Positions 10,587 through 21,711 of a DNA stretch of 64,000 nucleotides are shown one piece after another. Location of the stretch: the NCBI GenBank assembly GCA_963663965.2, contig CAXXFK010000001.1, positions 192,001-256,000 on the forward strand, written 5' to 3'. The notes below the pieces were generated by a model. The model was not told where the DNA came from. It saw only the letters and a program-made list of their open reading frames with translations, and did not search any database. The stretch comes from Sedimentisphaerales bacterium (GTDB taxonomy: Bacteria > Planctomycetota > Phycisphaerae > Sedimentisphaerales > SM23-30). The position numbers were made by a program, and so were the translations under genes. Position 1 is the first letter of the stretch, and the number at the start of each line of letters is the position of its first letter.

Positions 10587-11201
10587 CTAGCTTTTATTCA
10601 CAAAATTAATCCGTCCGGTCTTTTTATCAAAGTTATCCATCATCGCTTCGATAATGCGGGCATCTTTGGGAATATGAATAGCAACCACTTCACCATCTTC
10701 GACCATCTTATAGGAGTGTTCCAGTACGCCATCAAATAAAACGGTCTGATCCGTTTCCAGCTGATAAGTTTCATCCTGCACAGTGAGTTCAACTTTTCCG
10801 GAAAGGACATAGCACAATTCATGGCAATCGTCGTGTAATTCCATATAATGGACGACTTTACCTTTTTCAGCAATGATCCTGATTATTTTGATTTTATCGA
10901 AAGAGGCCATAATGCAATTGTCGATTCCTTCGGCTTTTTTGGGATCGCCAATCTGGGTTATGGTTTTCGCTTTCCGGATCTGAACCATGCGCCTTTCGGC
11001 TAACTGCAGCAGGTTGCTGGCAGATAACTGCAAAATGCCGGCCAGAGAATCAAGTGTTTTCATCGAAGGCAGGCTTTTATTGGTTTCAAGAGCGGCCACT
11101 GTCGGATACGTTAAACTGGCTTTTTGGGCCAGTTGTTCCATTGTCATCCCCAACCGTCTGCGCAATACTCTGATAACGCCAAAGTTGTACTTACTAAACA
11201 T
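10587..11201 (-). CDS. XRE-family HTH transcriptional regulator with cupin domain
   Basis: N-terminal LRRRLGMTMEQLA..LETNKSLPS HTH; C-terminal H..CHELCYVLSG..HSY cupin. Confidence 0.88.
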   Translation of the reverse strand: MFSKYNFGVIRVLRRRLGMTMEQLAQKASLTYPTVAALETNKSLPSMKTLDSLAGILQLSASNLLQLAERRMVQIRKAKTITQIGDPKKAEGIDNCIMASFDKIKIIRIIAEKGKVVHYMELHDDCHELCYVLSGKVELTVQDETYQLETDQTVLFDGVLEHSYKMVEDGEVVAIHIPKDARIIEAMMDNFDKKTGRINFVNKS

Positions 11202-11600
11202 AATTTCGGTCTCACCAATTCCAGGTTAATTTTTGGTATTAAAAAAATCAAAACAATAATAAAATCACGGTTCGCCGCCGACTCCCCTGGTTAGACATCG
11301 ACGCAATAGAACCATGTTTTATAACAAGTTGCCTCCAAGCACTGTAATTTTTACCCCAACTACTATCAATAAATGCACATCTATACTTAAGCAATTATCA
11401 TCAATAAATTACCTTAAACATAGCTTGATTATATAACACTATACACATCAATTATAAAACAATCAATATATAAATTCTTATAAAAAAATAAAATTACCAA
11501 AAAAGAAATCACCCGCGATAAAAGAATGATACTTTAATTAAAGCTAGTTAACAAATTTTGGCATAAATAAGACAATAATAAATACATGATAAATATGTAT

Positions 11601-12089
11601 TTATATCGATAATCGCTGTCCAAATACCTTCCAGCAAATACGATCTAATTGTTCGATCTTATATCCAGCTTTTTTTTTGCTTTGTTTTCTGGTTTTCAAC
11701 CATAAATCACATGATGAACGCAATAAACCGGGACTGAGGAGGCTCATCACCGGAAATTTCAGGTTGGCGCCATGGCTCATTTCCAGGAGGACTTGTTGTT
11801 CTTCTCTTGTTAAGTCAAGATTTCCAAGCAGGTTATGAAATAAGTGATCCGCACGGGTCTTTTGATCGTGCACTAAGTGGCGATTCAAATACCATTGACG
11901 GATAACCAAGGCCATGGCCAGGAGAATGATCGCGCCGAAGAAAAACCAGAATGCTCCCAGATAGCCGCCTGACTGGGTAAATGAATTCTGGAACAGATTC
12001 AGTTTATCCGAGGGCCTGGACAGGGCCAGCGGCAAATTGAAATTATTCAGCCATTGATGGGTCAAAGTCGCAAAATGATCAGTGAACAT
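11601..12089 (-). CDS. hypothetical single-pass membrane protein
   Basis: 162-aa ORF with one TM helix; overlaps the stop of the HEAT gene. Confidence 0.65.
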   Translation of the reverse strand: MFTDHFATLTHQWLNNFNLPLALSRPSDKLNLFQNSFTQSGGYLGAFWFFFGAIILLAMALVIRQWYLNRHLVHDQKTRADHLFHNLLGNLDLTREEQQVLLEMSHGANLKFPVMSLLSPGLLRSSCDLWLKTRKQSKKKAGYKIEQLDRICWKVFGQRLSI

Positions 12090-13983
12090 TGAGGGGCTCC
12101 GGTCTGGGGGTATTCTTTTTCAAAAGATCCTGAATAGAAAAACTGGGAAACCGGACGGGTTCGATGGGTTTATCCGGTTTTTGTGCCTGTGGTCTCAAGG
12201 AGGCCAGTGTCTTATTCAGCAACCAGCGCGCGCTATGCTGATGGGCCGGCCTCTGGTCGGCCAACATGGTTTTGATCGCGGCACGGGCGTTTTCAGATTT
12301 CCATTTCAGCAGTACCTGGATTGCGTTAGCACGGACACGATTGTCTGGGTCATTAATGAGTGAGGCTATGTCGCGGCGGGCTTGCTGGATATTTTTGCGG
12401 CCGATGGCCTCGATGGCATTGGCGCGGACACGATTATCCATATCGTTCAGTGAATCCATAATACACTGCTGGGCCGTCTGGGTCAGGTTGCCCTGGATCT
12501 GGCCCAGGGCGGCGATAGCGCCGCTACGGATACGGGGGCTGGGATCGCGGGCCAGGGTACAGATTTTATCTTCGTGCTGACTGATAAGGCCCAGGGTGCG
12601 AGCGATTTTAAGTGTTTTGAGGCGAATTTCCTGTCTTGGATCAGAAACTTTTTCGCGCCAGCGGTCATGGGCCTGGGGATCGATTTTGAAGACCGCATGG
12701 CCAGCATTTTTTTGTTGCGGGAGGCTTAACCGTTCAAAACTGTTCCAGAAAGAGTCGAACGCGACCTGGCGATAGTAATTGCCAGCCAGTTCGCGAACAG
12801 CGCCATGAGTAGAATTGAGGTTCTGGATGATTAGCTTGCGAAACTGGGGCGGGCGACAATGGAGTAACTGCTTCATGGCCATAACGGCAACACTTTCGAA
12901 AGGTGATTTGAGACAGTAATCCAGGGCCAATAGTGAGAATTCGTCCGGCCGCATGGCCAGGGTTTCAAGAATACGACAGGCGATCGGTTCGGCAACCTGA
13001 TTGAGGTATGGCACCAGATAGGCATCGATATCGTTGGGATTGAGAGAAAAGGATTCGATCAGGTCGATGATCTTGATCTGGTGTTTTTCATTTAGTTTGT
13101 TCAGATCGATGATTTCGGATTTAAGCCAGTTGACTTTCCGGATTTTTTTGAGGGATTGCTCGACTTCTTTATCCAGATGGCCATTAAGCGAATCGGCGAT
13201 TTGCAGGATAAACTGAGGATTGGTTGACTGGGAGAGCGCGCGGATACAGGCCGGGCGGAGGAACGGAACACGGAATGATGATAAGACAAATAATGCCATA
13301 TCTTTATGATCGGCCTGCTGGACTTTTTCACGGATGATCTGGCCCATGCGATTGGTTGGGCGGAAGGTATGTTCCCAGAAAGACTGGCGGTCGGCTGGAA
13401 CTGCGAACATGGCAGCCCGGAGGACCTGATCGTGCTGATGAACCGGCCAGCCTTTGACGGCGGATTTGAGCGCGCGCAGCAGGTATTGACGTTCGGTAAG
13501 CTTACCGGGCATGACCAGGCCCTGTAAAACGCTTTCATCATCGTTGGAGATGAGATGGCGGTCGGCTTTAAAGTGGTGCCGGGTCAGGAGCAGCAGGGTG
13601 TTGGCGGCCATGCGGGCGATTTCGGGGTCATTATCTTTCAGCAGTGCAGCAACCGACTCGGCCAGGGAGGTATGACGGGTTTTCCAGATCAGGGTAAGGG
13701 CGTTGCGCCGGGCCTGGGATTCGGTACTGTCGGCGGCTCGAGCGATACCGCCGGCGATGCTATCGATGCGTTTCTGGAAAAGTTCCTGCCAGACAGGCGT
13801 CATCTGGTGATAGCGCTGGATCAGCTGGGCAACGGTGGCCGGGCGGCCCCGATCAATAATGGTTTCGAGGATCGCCGTGCGGTAGGGTTCTTCGGCCAGG
13901 TCGAGGCCTGTGAGCAGAGCTTCATCAGCGGACTCATTGCGGGTCGTTGCCAGAAATCGATATATTATGTTGGTCTGTTTCAC
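12079..13983 (-). CDS. HEAT-repeat protein
   Basis: Repeated DP.PRIRSGAIAAL / DMDNRVRANAIEAI / DPDNRVRANAIQVL units. Confidence 0.85.
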   Translation of the reverse strand: MKQTNIIYRFLATTRNESADEALLTGLDLAEEPYRTAILETIIDRGRPATVAQLIQRYHQMTPVWQELFQKRIDSIAGGIARAADSTESQARRNALTLIWKTRHTSLAESVAALLKDNDPEIARMAANTLLLLTRHHFKADRHLISNDDESVLQGLVMPGKLTERQYLLRALKSAVKGWPVHQHDQVLRAAMFAVPADRQSFWEHTFRPTNRMGQIIREKVQQADHKDMALFVLSSFRVPFLRPACIRALSQSTNPQFILQIADSLNGHLDKEVEQSLKKIRKVNWLKSEIIDLNKLNEKHQIKIIDLIESFSLNPNDIDAYLVPYLNQVAEPIACRILETLAMRPDEFSLLALDYCLKSPFESVAVMAMKQLLHCRPPQFRKLIIQNLNSTHGAVRELAGNYYRQVAFDSFWNSFERLSLPQQKNAGHAVFKIDPQAHDRWREKVSDPRQEIRLKTLKIARTLGLISQHEDKICTLARDPSPRIRSGAIAALGQIQGNLTQTAQQCIMDSLNDMDNRVRANAIEAIGRKNIQQARRDIASLINDPDNRVRANAIQVLLKWKSENARAAIKTMLADQRPAHQHSARWLLNKTLASLRPQAQKPDKPIEPVRFPSFSIQDLLKKNTPRPEPLNVH

Positions 13984-14183
13984 TGGTCTTCCTTGTATCT
14001 GTATTATCGGCTAAAAGGAATGGGAACCTGAATTAATGGTCCTATAATGAGAGGAAAAACCAGATATCATTGAAGGGATACCAATCCGGCCATGGACTGT
14101 CCAAATATTGAGAAAATCCTGGGGCAGACTGGATCGAAGGGATTTGGATGAGCCGTATTGAAACATGAATTTGAATTTTGTCT

Positions 14184-14616
14184 TAACTTGTTTTATTTAT
14201 TTTAGTTATCGCTGGATTATTTATCGTTGGGTTCGTTTAGTTTCGGGTCGTTGATGGTTACTGATGGCTGATTGGGTGGGATGAATCAAGCAATTCCATG
14301 AATCTTGATTTTGGATGCTCCAGTTATCTGATGGTTCAGGCTGGCTGAGAAAATGGATCTGTAATATTGCCATATATTATTTTATAGTATGTGGTTATGG
14401 TAATATTTTGGCCGATTGGGTTCGTTTGGATTCAGGCCGTTTTTTTAAAGGAAACTGGCCGAACCACGCATTAACTCTAATACACACTAATTTAAGATAT
14501 AAAGCCATAAGCTTGATGTGAACATCGATTGGAACTCAAACCTATTAGAATTTAAACGATATAAGTGGCTTTATGCAAGCTAGATATGATTATTTTTGCT
14601 AAGATTGGGTTCGTTT
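14184..14616 (-). repeat. array of three composite sites AAACGAACCCAA-N17-ATAAC-N15-AACTTA at an exact 189-bp period
   Basis: + strand TTGGGTTCGTTT at 14227, 14416 and 14605; GTTAT/GATAT and TAACTT/TATATT/TAAGTG at invariant offsets. Confidence 0.9.
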
Positions 14617-14655
14617 GGCAGTCCGTGATGGATTTGATGGAGAATCGGAATTAAT

Positions 14656-14678
14656 CTCGGGCAGGATGCCCGAGCCAC
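14656..14678 (-). repeat. REP-like element GTGG-CTCGGGCA-TCC-TGCCCGAG
   Basis: Perfect 8-bp stem preceded by GTGG on the - strand, the REP architecture bound by RAYT nucleases. Confidence 0.7.
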
Positions 14679-14713
14679 GTATTGGGCGGCCCTATTTTTG
14701 CTATTGTATTTGA

Positions 14714-14725
14714 TTGTCAAAGAGC
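14714..14725 (-). promoter_or_regulatory. boxA-like antitermination sequence GCTCTTTGACAA
   Basis: Resembles rrn boxA (TGCTCTTTAACA) about 60 nt downstream of a consensus promoter; similar sites on + at 5196-5208 and 6733-6745. Confidence 0.55.
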
Positions 14726-14788
14726 GTTTTTTTTACGTTAAGAAACGTGTGCTCCGATCTTTTGGGGGGAGGGTAACCAGTCTGGAAG

Positions 14789-14817
14789 ATTATAGGGCAT
14801 GGTTTTGTATTTGTCAA
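14789..14817 (-). promoter_or_regulatory. perfect consensus sigma70 promoter TTGACA-N17-TATAAT
   Basis: - strand reads TTGACA aatacaaaaccatgccc TATAAT. Confidence 0.85.
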
Positions 14818-15046
14818 ATATATTGTTTAGTATTTCATTAGAATAATATTTATAAATTGGGTAGTGATGGATTGGTAGAGTTAGTTATATAAGAGGGGTA
14901 CTGTTCTATGATTGAGGACGTTATATATAAGGTCATTTGGGTGACATCAGTGATCTATATTGACATCAACGGCCGGGGCAGGCAAGCTAATGAGTAGGCA
15001 AGTATGAAAAACGGAACAGCCTTATAATGCGGAGGGGCGAAGAGGC

Positions 15047-15082
15047 AAAAAAGCCGCCTTCGAAGGAGATGAAAGGCGGCTT
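15047..15082 (-). terminator. intrinsic terminator of the FGE/CARDB operon
   Basis: AAGCCGCCTT..AAGGCGGCTT stem followed by a T run on the - strand, 27 bp after the stop at 15109. Confidence 0.8.
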
Positions 15083-15108
15083 GAGAGAAAGCGATAGTTA
15101 GCTTTAAT

Positions 15109-16194
15109 TTAGCGGCATACACGGAATCCTAAATTCACATATGGCAAGCCAGGATTGGTGCCATACCTTAAATCCACCGTACAACTGGCCTGTTTGTCAT
15201 CCCAACTCCCGCCCCGAAGAACAAAGTATTTGTTATCATCGGATTTCGAGCTGGTCCATTCCTCCAGACATTGCCCATCATGTCGCAAATATCATACCCA
15301 AAAACACCATATGAACCAACAGGTGTGGTCCCATGCGGGTGTGTTGAATCAAGATAATTAGCCTGGCTATTATTCGAGGTTGGGCCACAGCCATAGTTGA
15401 AAGTGCCATCATAATCGGCTACAGCCTGCCATTCCCATTCTGTTGGCAGGCGATAACCGTAATAACCACAGAACGCTAAAGCGCCATTCACACTCAGGTA
15501 GGTTACCGGGTGATTCTCAAAACCTGCTGACACAACAAACTTAGAGCCATTAAAAGATATTCTGGCCGCTCCCCCGTTCACCGCACCATTGTAAGTCTTA
15601 CCCGATTGATTCATTACATAATACTTTACACCGATATAGTCCGTACCACTATTGGTACCGCTGGCGCCAAGAATGTTATTCCCTGAAATCACTATATCGC
15701 CAGTAACTTTGGCATCGTTGAGAAATTGACAATATTGAGCGTTCGTTGTTTCATATTTACTGATGTAACCGGTGAAACCTTCATGACCAGCAACACCTGG
15801 ATCATTATTAATGAAAACCCAGACCATACTTAGCGGATCGGTATAGTCATCGGCGGTGACCTTGACGCGATAGTTGTCGCCATAAGCGCCGGGCAGGTCA
15901 GTCTTGCTGGCCCACTGGATTGATCTTCTACCGGAACTGACATTGACCAGGCTGCCCGAAAGAGCGGAAGCGGAAGGAGTGATATCCCAAGTGGAACCCC
16001 CATCGGAACTAACCTGTATAGAAACAGAACAACTATCTCCGTCCATATCGGAAAGGGTATAATAAATATCCACGATCCCACTGCCGTCGGTTCCGCTGGA
16101 AAGAGGAGACATTAGTAACAGAGGGTGATGTGTTGGCCAAAACTGTCGATATGCACCAGCAAGATAACAATATTAATAATGATGAGTATTTCAT
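15109..16194 (-). CDS. secreted FGE-sulfatase (SUMF1-type, CLec fold) domain protein; two frameshifts (about 16092 and 15263)
   Basis: Reconstructed MKYSSLLILL..QRTDGSG..SKYETTNAQY..RLPTEWEW..GNVWEW..RGGSW..GFRVCR*; paralog of 20252-21370. Confidence 0.75.
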
Positions 16195-16238
16195 TTTAAG
16201 TCCCTTTTATATTATTCAAAATCGATCATTGATTATAA

Positions 16239-19200
16239 TCAGTGGAGCCAGTAATGAGCGAACTGTATGAAATCTTCCAGATCTACGAAGTTGTCATGAG
16301 GAATGGGAGCAATGTCTGCTGATGGAGTTCCAGGTATTTGCAGCCATTGTTCGATCAAGACCAATAAATCTATAAAATCCACATCTCCGTCTGGTTCAAA
16401 GTCTGAAGGTGCAAAAAAAATAACACTGGCTGTATCATTGATTAATGTCCACTTCGTCATTGCCCGAAGAATCAGGATTGGCAATAATATCGACTCTCCC
16501 GATGTCTACAGTCTGGGACATGGATATATCAATATCAGCAGAATCGCCTGGATTTAAAGCCGGAATAGAATTTTCGCCCAGATTCATGGCGTTGTACATT
16601 ACACGAACGATATTGGGATCACTGGGCTTGGCACCGACATTTCGAATTGATATCGAAGCAACAGTTCCATTGACTTCAGCACTCCACTGCTCTGCTTGCA
16701 AGTCTGGCAAAACGGGTATTTGACCAGTTTTCGCATTGTCATTTTCCTGCGATTCTTCTACCACATCCTCTGAATCAGCAATAACAAATAAGTCATAGAC
16801 GCCGTCCGCTTCACCGGTTACATCCCACTGGAACTGAACATCAACCGTATCTCCGGTTGATACATTATCAACGGTTGTCGTACAGATTACAGGCCCTGAT
16901 TTATCATCTTTTCGAACCTCGCATGTAAACGAGCCGCTGTCCATAGAACCGATGTTTTTAATGCCAAAGCCAACAATTACATTGTTTTCCGTCGGATATC
17001 CAATGGCAACGGGCTTCTGAACAAGCAGGTTTACAGCAAAGGGCATTGCATACGCTGTATTATTGAAAGTGTCATCTGTTTCAGGAATCGTATTATTTGA
17101 ATCAATCACAACATAAATCGGATGCGGCTGACCATTGCTGGGGACATTCCATAATGTGCTTACCGTAGAGGTCTGCCCAGGAAGCATCTGGTTAATTGTT
17201 TGTACATCAATCAGGTTGCCATCCACAACAGGATTTCCATCATATATTTTCACTTCCACATCTGCCACTGTGAAATCACCACTCAGATGAATACTTGCAT
17301 GAATCACACTATTGGCATCCGGAACAGGTTTCAGGATCAAATGTAATATCATTGGATTTGATATACAAATCTTTGGCCGGTGTATGTTCCATCAGGTAAA
17401 TATCGGATAACCCTATGACTGGAGGATTGTACGGGTCCGATAGATCGATTCTCCGTTTCACATAGGAAGCCAGAATATTTCCTCCGCTTTCTGAAAGCGA
17501 AATCATCGTTTCCGCCCCTTGGTCGTGGGTAATCTGTTGCGGTGAACCCCATTGCATCAACTCCGCATCATAGACGCTGTAATAAATGTCCGAAAATTCC
17601 TGCGACGCTGCAACCCAGAAAAAAACTACCTTCCCAGCTGCATTCTTAAACAATTTTGGCTCCGTAATTCCATCATATTCAAAAGCTATTGTCGGGGTTA
17701 TCCAACGGCCATCTTCGTATTCACTATACCAAAGCTGATCAATATATGTGTCCAGATTCGGATCACTAAAGGTCATAGGAACCATCCGTTTGACCCAAGT
17801 GAGCATTGGCACTCCGGAATCATTTATCACCATTTGAGCCGCACTATCAGACAAGGTGTCATTGCTGAGTCGCTGTTCACTCTCCCAACTCCCTCCTAAC
17901 AACCGTTTATTCACATAAACATCTCGGTCTTCAGCAGTACCAGAATTGTTATCAATATCCTTCAGATATGCCATATATTCGTAGGTCGCATCCTGAGTTA
18001 CTGACGGCGGCGAAACTGCAACTAATTCAGATGCTATCGTATAAGGTGTTCCAAACGATGTGCCGTTCCAGTCAGATGCCATGATGTTAACTAACGGCAT
18101 GATTTCTTCATCATACCAGACTGGAATTGCATTGTTTGGACTGGCAACCCAGCATGCCCGTAGCGTCCCATTTGATTTTGTGTCAAACCAAGGCAGCATA
18201 TCGACATAACTGTTACTGGTGATTTGCTGTGGGGTTTCCCAAGTACCGCCTCCACTATCAAAAGAGGAATATACTATTTCGAGACCTGGTAAAATGTCGC
18301 GGGGACCTGTCTCTGAGCCTGTGGGTTCAGGACCGCTAACCCAGACAGCCAGTTCTTTTCCCGCAGAATCTATTTTAGCAACTGGCTGTATATCCGGATT
18401 GAGGTTGTCAGTCAACGGTGCATGTGCCGTCCAACTTGAACCATTCCATCGAGCATAGTAAATTTCCTGATGTTTTCCTGTAGGTTTAACTGTGTCATCA
18501 TAAACAAACACCAACAGTCCATTGTCATTAGTTGCGGCTATAGAGGGCATCGGTCCGGAACCAACGTTTAGAATCGGATCGGGCAGACCGCCTACGGACA
18601 TTAACTGGAAATATCCCATTGGAGTCAAAATCTTATCTGGAAAGACACAATAACCTTCATTCGCATTCAAATAATCACGATCAACAGGAACAATTTGACG
18701 TTGTCCCGAAGGGCACACCATTGCCATCATGGCTCCTGTTTCGGGACAGGTATATAAATTAAATGTCCAATTCTCTTCCCACTTCCACCAGAAGGACTCA
18801 ACTACGAAACGAGCCTTCAGATCGAAAGCCACCTGCTTGATATATTCATTCATACAACATTGATCAGCATTGGGTGGGAACTGGATTATAACTGAGGGTC
18901 TGCCTCCAATGGTCCCGGCAATATAATAAATACTACCTTCAGATCCTGCGCCCACGGTACCAGATACATTTATCCCCAATTCAAGCTCAACATCTTTAAA
19001 TTTTAATCCAGCAACCAAGGCAGGCTCTCCTTGCTCCATCGAAATTGTACCAATAATTTCAGGTTTTATGCTTGCTTGAAAATATGGACAATATCCTGTA
19101 TGGCAACACCCAGTCCATTGACATAGTAAAGGTACTCGTGGAAACTTAAATTCAAATGCTCCTGCCAATTCAGCCGAAACATCCGTTAGTCTAAACTCCG

Positions 19201-20005
19201 GATAAAATTCGGCATCACCTGATAAAGCGGCAGATATCTCAGCTTTACGTTCTTTCCCGCACGCGAGTTCTGCTCCCCATCGTCCACCAAGACCAAAAGA
19301 ACCAGTAATACCCGCTACACCGTCAAAACGAGGCTGAGCAGCTATCTCCCATTCGAAATTCAACGGGTGTAAAGTAACTCCGTACTGTCCTCCGATCTCA
19401 GGGATACTCTCAGGAATTGAAAGAGGTTTACCAGGACGTTCCTTTAGCAGTTCGACTTTCCCGAATAATGTTAATTTGCCTGAAGTTGGACTAACTGTAT
19501 AGCCTATACCAGGCGAAAATCCTGGTTCTTGGTCATCTTTGAAGCGGTACACCCATTCAGGAAGCATGAAACCCCAAATATTCATTTTTGAAATGGATGA
19601 AACTGTCCCATCTGCTGCAACCGCATAAACCTGCAATTCATTTTTTTCACCGCTAGTAGAATAATTCAGATCTTGGCCCATATCAAATGTTGTTTGAGCA
19701 GTTGTACCGCTTGTCTGAACTGCTTTGGTTTGTCCATTCAGCTTAAATACGACTTTGGATGGTGTTGATACATCCCAATCGACAGTTGCTGTAATGGTGT
19801 TGATGACTTCCAAATCCTTGGGAAAAACTCCCTGATATGTCGCTTCCAGAGAAGTAATCCGCATTCCACTACCGGTTCGATTGTCTATGGTAAAGATATT
19901 AGACACTCCATCCCCTGTTCCAGCTGGGGACAACTCCGTGCGAATTAATACCATCATCAGTAAAATGCTGATTCTCAATCCTGTTTTGGTCCGTAAAGTC
20001 AACAT
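16239..20005 (-). CDS. large secreted protein with CARDB/Ig-like domains and C-terminal dockerin-like domain; split by +1 frameshifts at about 17330 and 16449
   Basis: ORFs 17309-20005, 16435-17352 and 16239-16484 join if one A and one G are removed. CARDB signatures (IDSNNTIPE..NN, ADSEDVVEE..NDN); tail DFEPDGDVDFIDL..WL..VDLEDF..WL. Confidence 0.75.
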
Positions 20006-20251
20006 GGTGTTCTCCTGTTTATTTGAGTATTATTCTATTCTATAATCGCCTCAGGCAATTTTTCTCCGCCAACTGAACAGGGGATTCGGCAATACCCCTG
20101 CTAAACCTGCCTAGCATTGTTACGCGTATTCGGTCGCCAAGCACACGCTTGGCTGGCTCCAGACATCACCGAAGATTTTCCATACCGCATCAATCATTTC
20201 TGTAAATATCATCATTCTGAGCTTGTGGGCTAAATCCAGGCAAGCAACCAC

Positions 20252-21370
20252 TCAACGGCACACCCGGAATCCTAGGCCGTAGTTCCTGCTGTCGGGTTTG
20301 TTGTTGGTCCTGCTCGAAACCGAACATCTGTCGGCGTCGTTGCCCATACTGCCGCCGCGGACAACGCGATTGCTGTTATTGGGTGTACTAGTCCACTCCC
20401 AGACATTGCCGGCCATATCCGCCATGCCATAGCCATAGGTGCCGAAGGCGCCGACAGCGGTAGTACCATAGGGATGGATTGAGCCAGAATAGTTGGCTTT
20501 GCTGTTACTGATCGTCGTGCCGCACCCATAGGTGTAGCTGCCATTATAATCCGCCACCGCCTGCCATTCCCATTCGGTGGGCAGTCGCCAGCCGTAATAG
20601 CTCGCGAATGCAGTCGCACCATACCAACTCACATAAGTCACCGGATGGTTCTCAAAACCGCTGTCTACGGTAAACGCACTGCCGGTCCAGTTGATCCGGG
20701 CGGCGCCGCCGTTGGTCGCGCCATTGAAAGTGTAACCCGATCCGGCAAGGTTGTAATAAACCTGACCGGCAAAGTCAGTGCCGCTATTAGAACCGCTGGC
20801 GCCATTCACATCACTATCGATAACGACAATGTCGCCAGTGGCCTTGGCAGCGTTGAGGAACTGGCAATACTGCGCGTTGGTGGTCTCATATTTACTCATA
20901 TAGCCATTAAATCCCTCATGACCGGAAATGCCAGGATCGTTGATGGGAACCCAGACCAAACCGGCCGGTCCGGAGTTATCGTCGGCGGTGACCTTGACGC
21001 GGTAATTAGTCCCATAAGCGCCGGGCAGATCGGTTTTGCTGGCCCACTGGATCGTGCGGCGGCCGGGGGTGACATTGGTCAGGCTGCCGGTGAGTGCACT
21101 GGCGGTGGGGGTAATCGCCCAGGTGGAACCGCTATCGGAACTGACCTGTACGGAGATGGAGCATTTATCCGCATCGCCATCCGAGAGGGTGTAAGAAATG
21201 TCCACAATCCCGCTGCCGTCAGTGCGTTGCACGGCCGAGACATTGTTGATCGTGGGATCGGAATTGGCCCATAACGAAACAATGGGCAGGAGGCAGAAGG
21301 TAAAAGTGAACAGCCAGAAGCGGGGAGCCGGAAGTAAATGAAAGGAGGCTACCATCGTCTTTTTCATCAT
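20252..21370 (-). CDS. secreted FGE-sulfatase (SUMF1-type, CLec fold) domain protein
   Basis: SKYETTNAQY, HPVTYVSW, RLPTEWEW, DMAGNVWEW, RGGS, GFRVCR motifs; start after AAAGGA. Confidence 0.9.
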   Translation of the reverse strand: MMKKTMVASFHLLPAPRFWLFTFTFCLLPIVSLWANSDPTINNVSAVQRTDGSGIVDISYTLSDGDADKCSISVQVSSDSGSTWAITPTASALTGSLTNVTPGRRTIQWASKTDLPGAYGTNYRVKVTADDNSGPAGLVWVPINDPGISGHEGFNGYMSKYETTNAQYCQFLNAAKATGDIVVIDSDVNGASGSNSGTDFAGQVYYNLAGSGYTFNGATNGGAARINWTGSAFTVDSGFENHPVTYVSWYGATAFASYYGWRLPTEWEWQAVADYNGSYTYGCGTTISNSKANYSGSIHPYGTTAVGAFGTYGYGMADMAGNVWEWTSTPNNSNRVVRGGSMGNDADRCSVSSRTNNKPDSRNYGLGFRVCR

Positions 21371-21711
21371 CAGATCCTTTCTGAGAAGGAGAAAACCTTT
21401 AATAATTCCGAATAGGTGTTTTTTAATTTTATCATCTCTATGAATACAAAACAATCGTGGTAAATACGGTATTGGGAACTTTTTTTGAAAAAAGATTAAG
21501 AAGATAGGGGATATAGATAATTTGGGTTATTTGTTGTTGGGAATTATCAATCAGCTGGCGGTTAGCAGGGAAAAAAGAAGAAAAGGCGAAAAGCCAAAGA
21601 GTTGAAAAGAGAAAATGGCAGGTGAACTGCAGAGAAATCTGAAAGCAGAAGCCCATGGCAAAGGATAAAGCGAGTGTCATACCGCAGAATAATTCGGATA
21701 AGATTAAACGG

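Noticed and set aside
11230..11600. Replication origin at the apparent C-to-G skew switch
   Set aside because: AT-rich, but no TTATCCACA-type DnaA boxes or dnaA/dnaN seen, and skew varies again further along; not excluded, but unsupported.
14184..14616. CRISPR array
   Set aside because: Conserved blocks are only 12+5+6 bp, spacers are about 134 bp, and there are no cas genes; reported as a different repeat type.
14700..14820. rRNA operon leader
   Set aside because: Promoter and boxA are present, but no 16S, 23S or tRNA sequence follows.
15109..21370. Complete DGR in the window
   Set aside because: No reverse transcriptase, avd or adenine-rich template repeat found; the two FGE 3' ends differ at many non-adenine positions.
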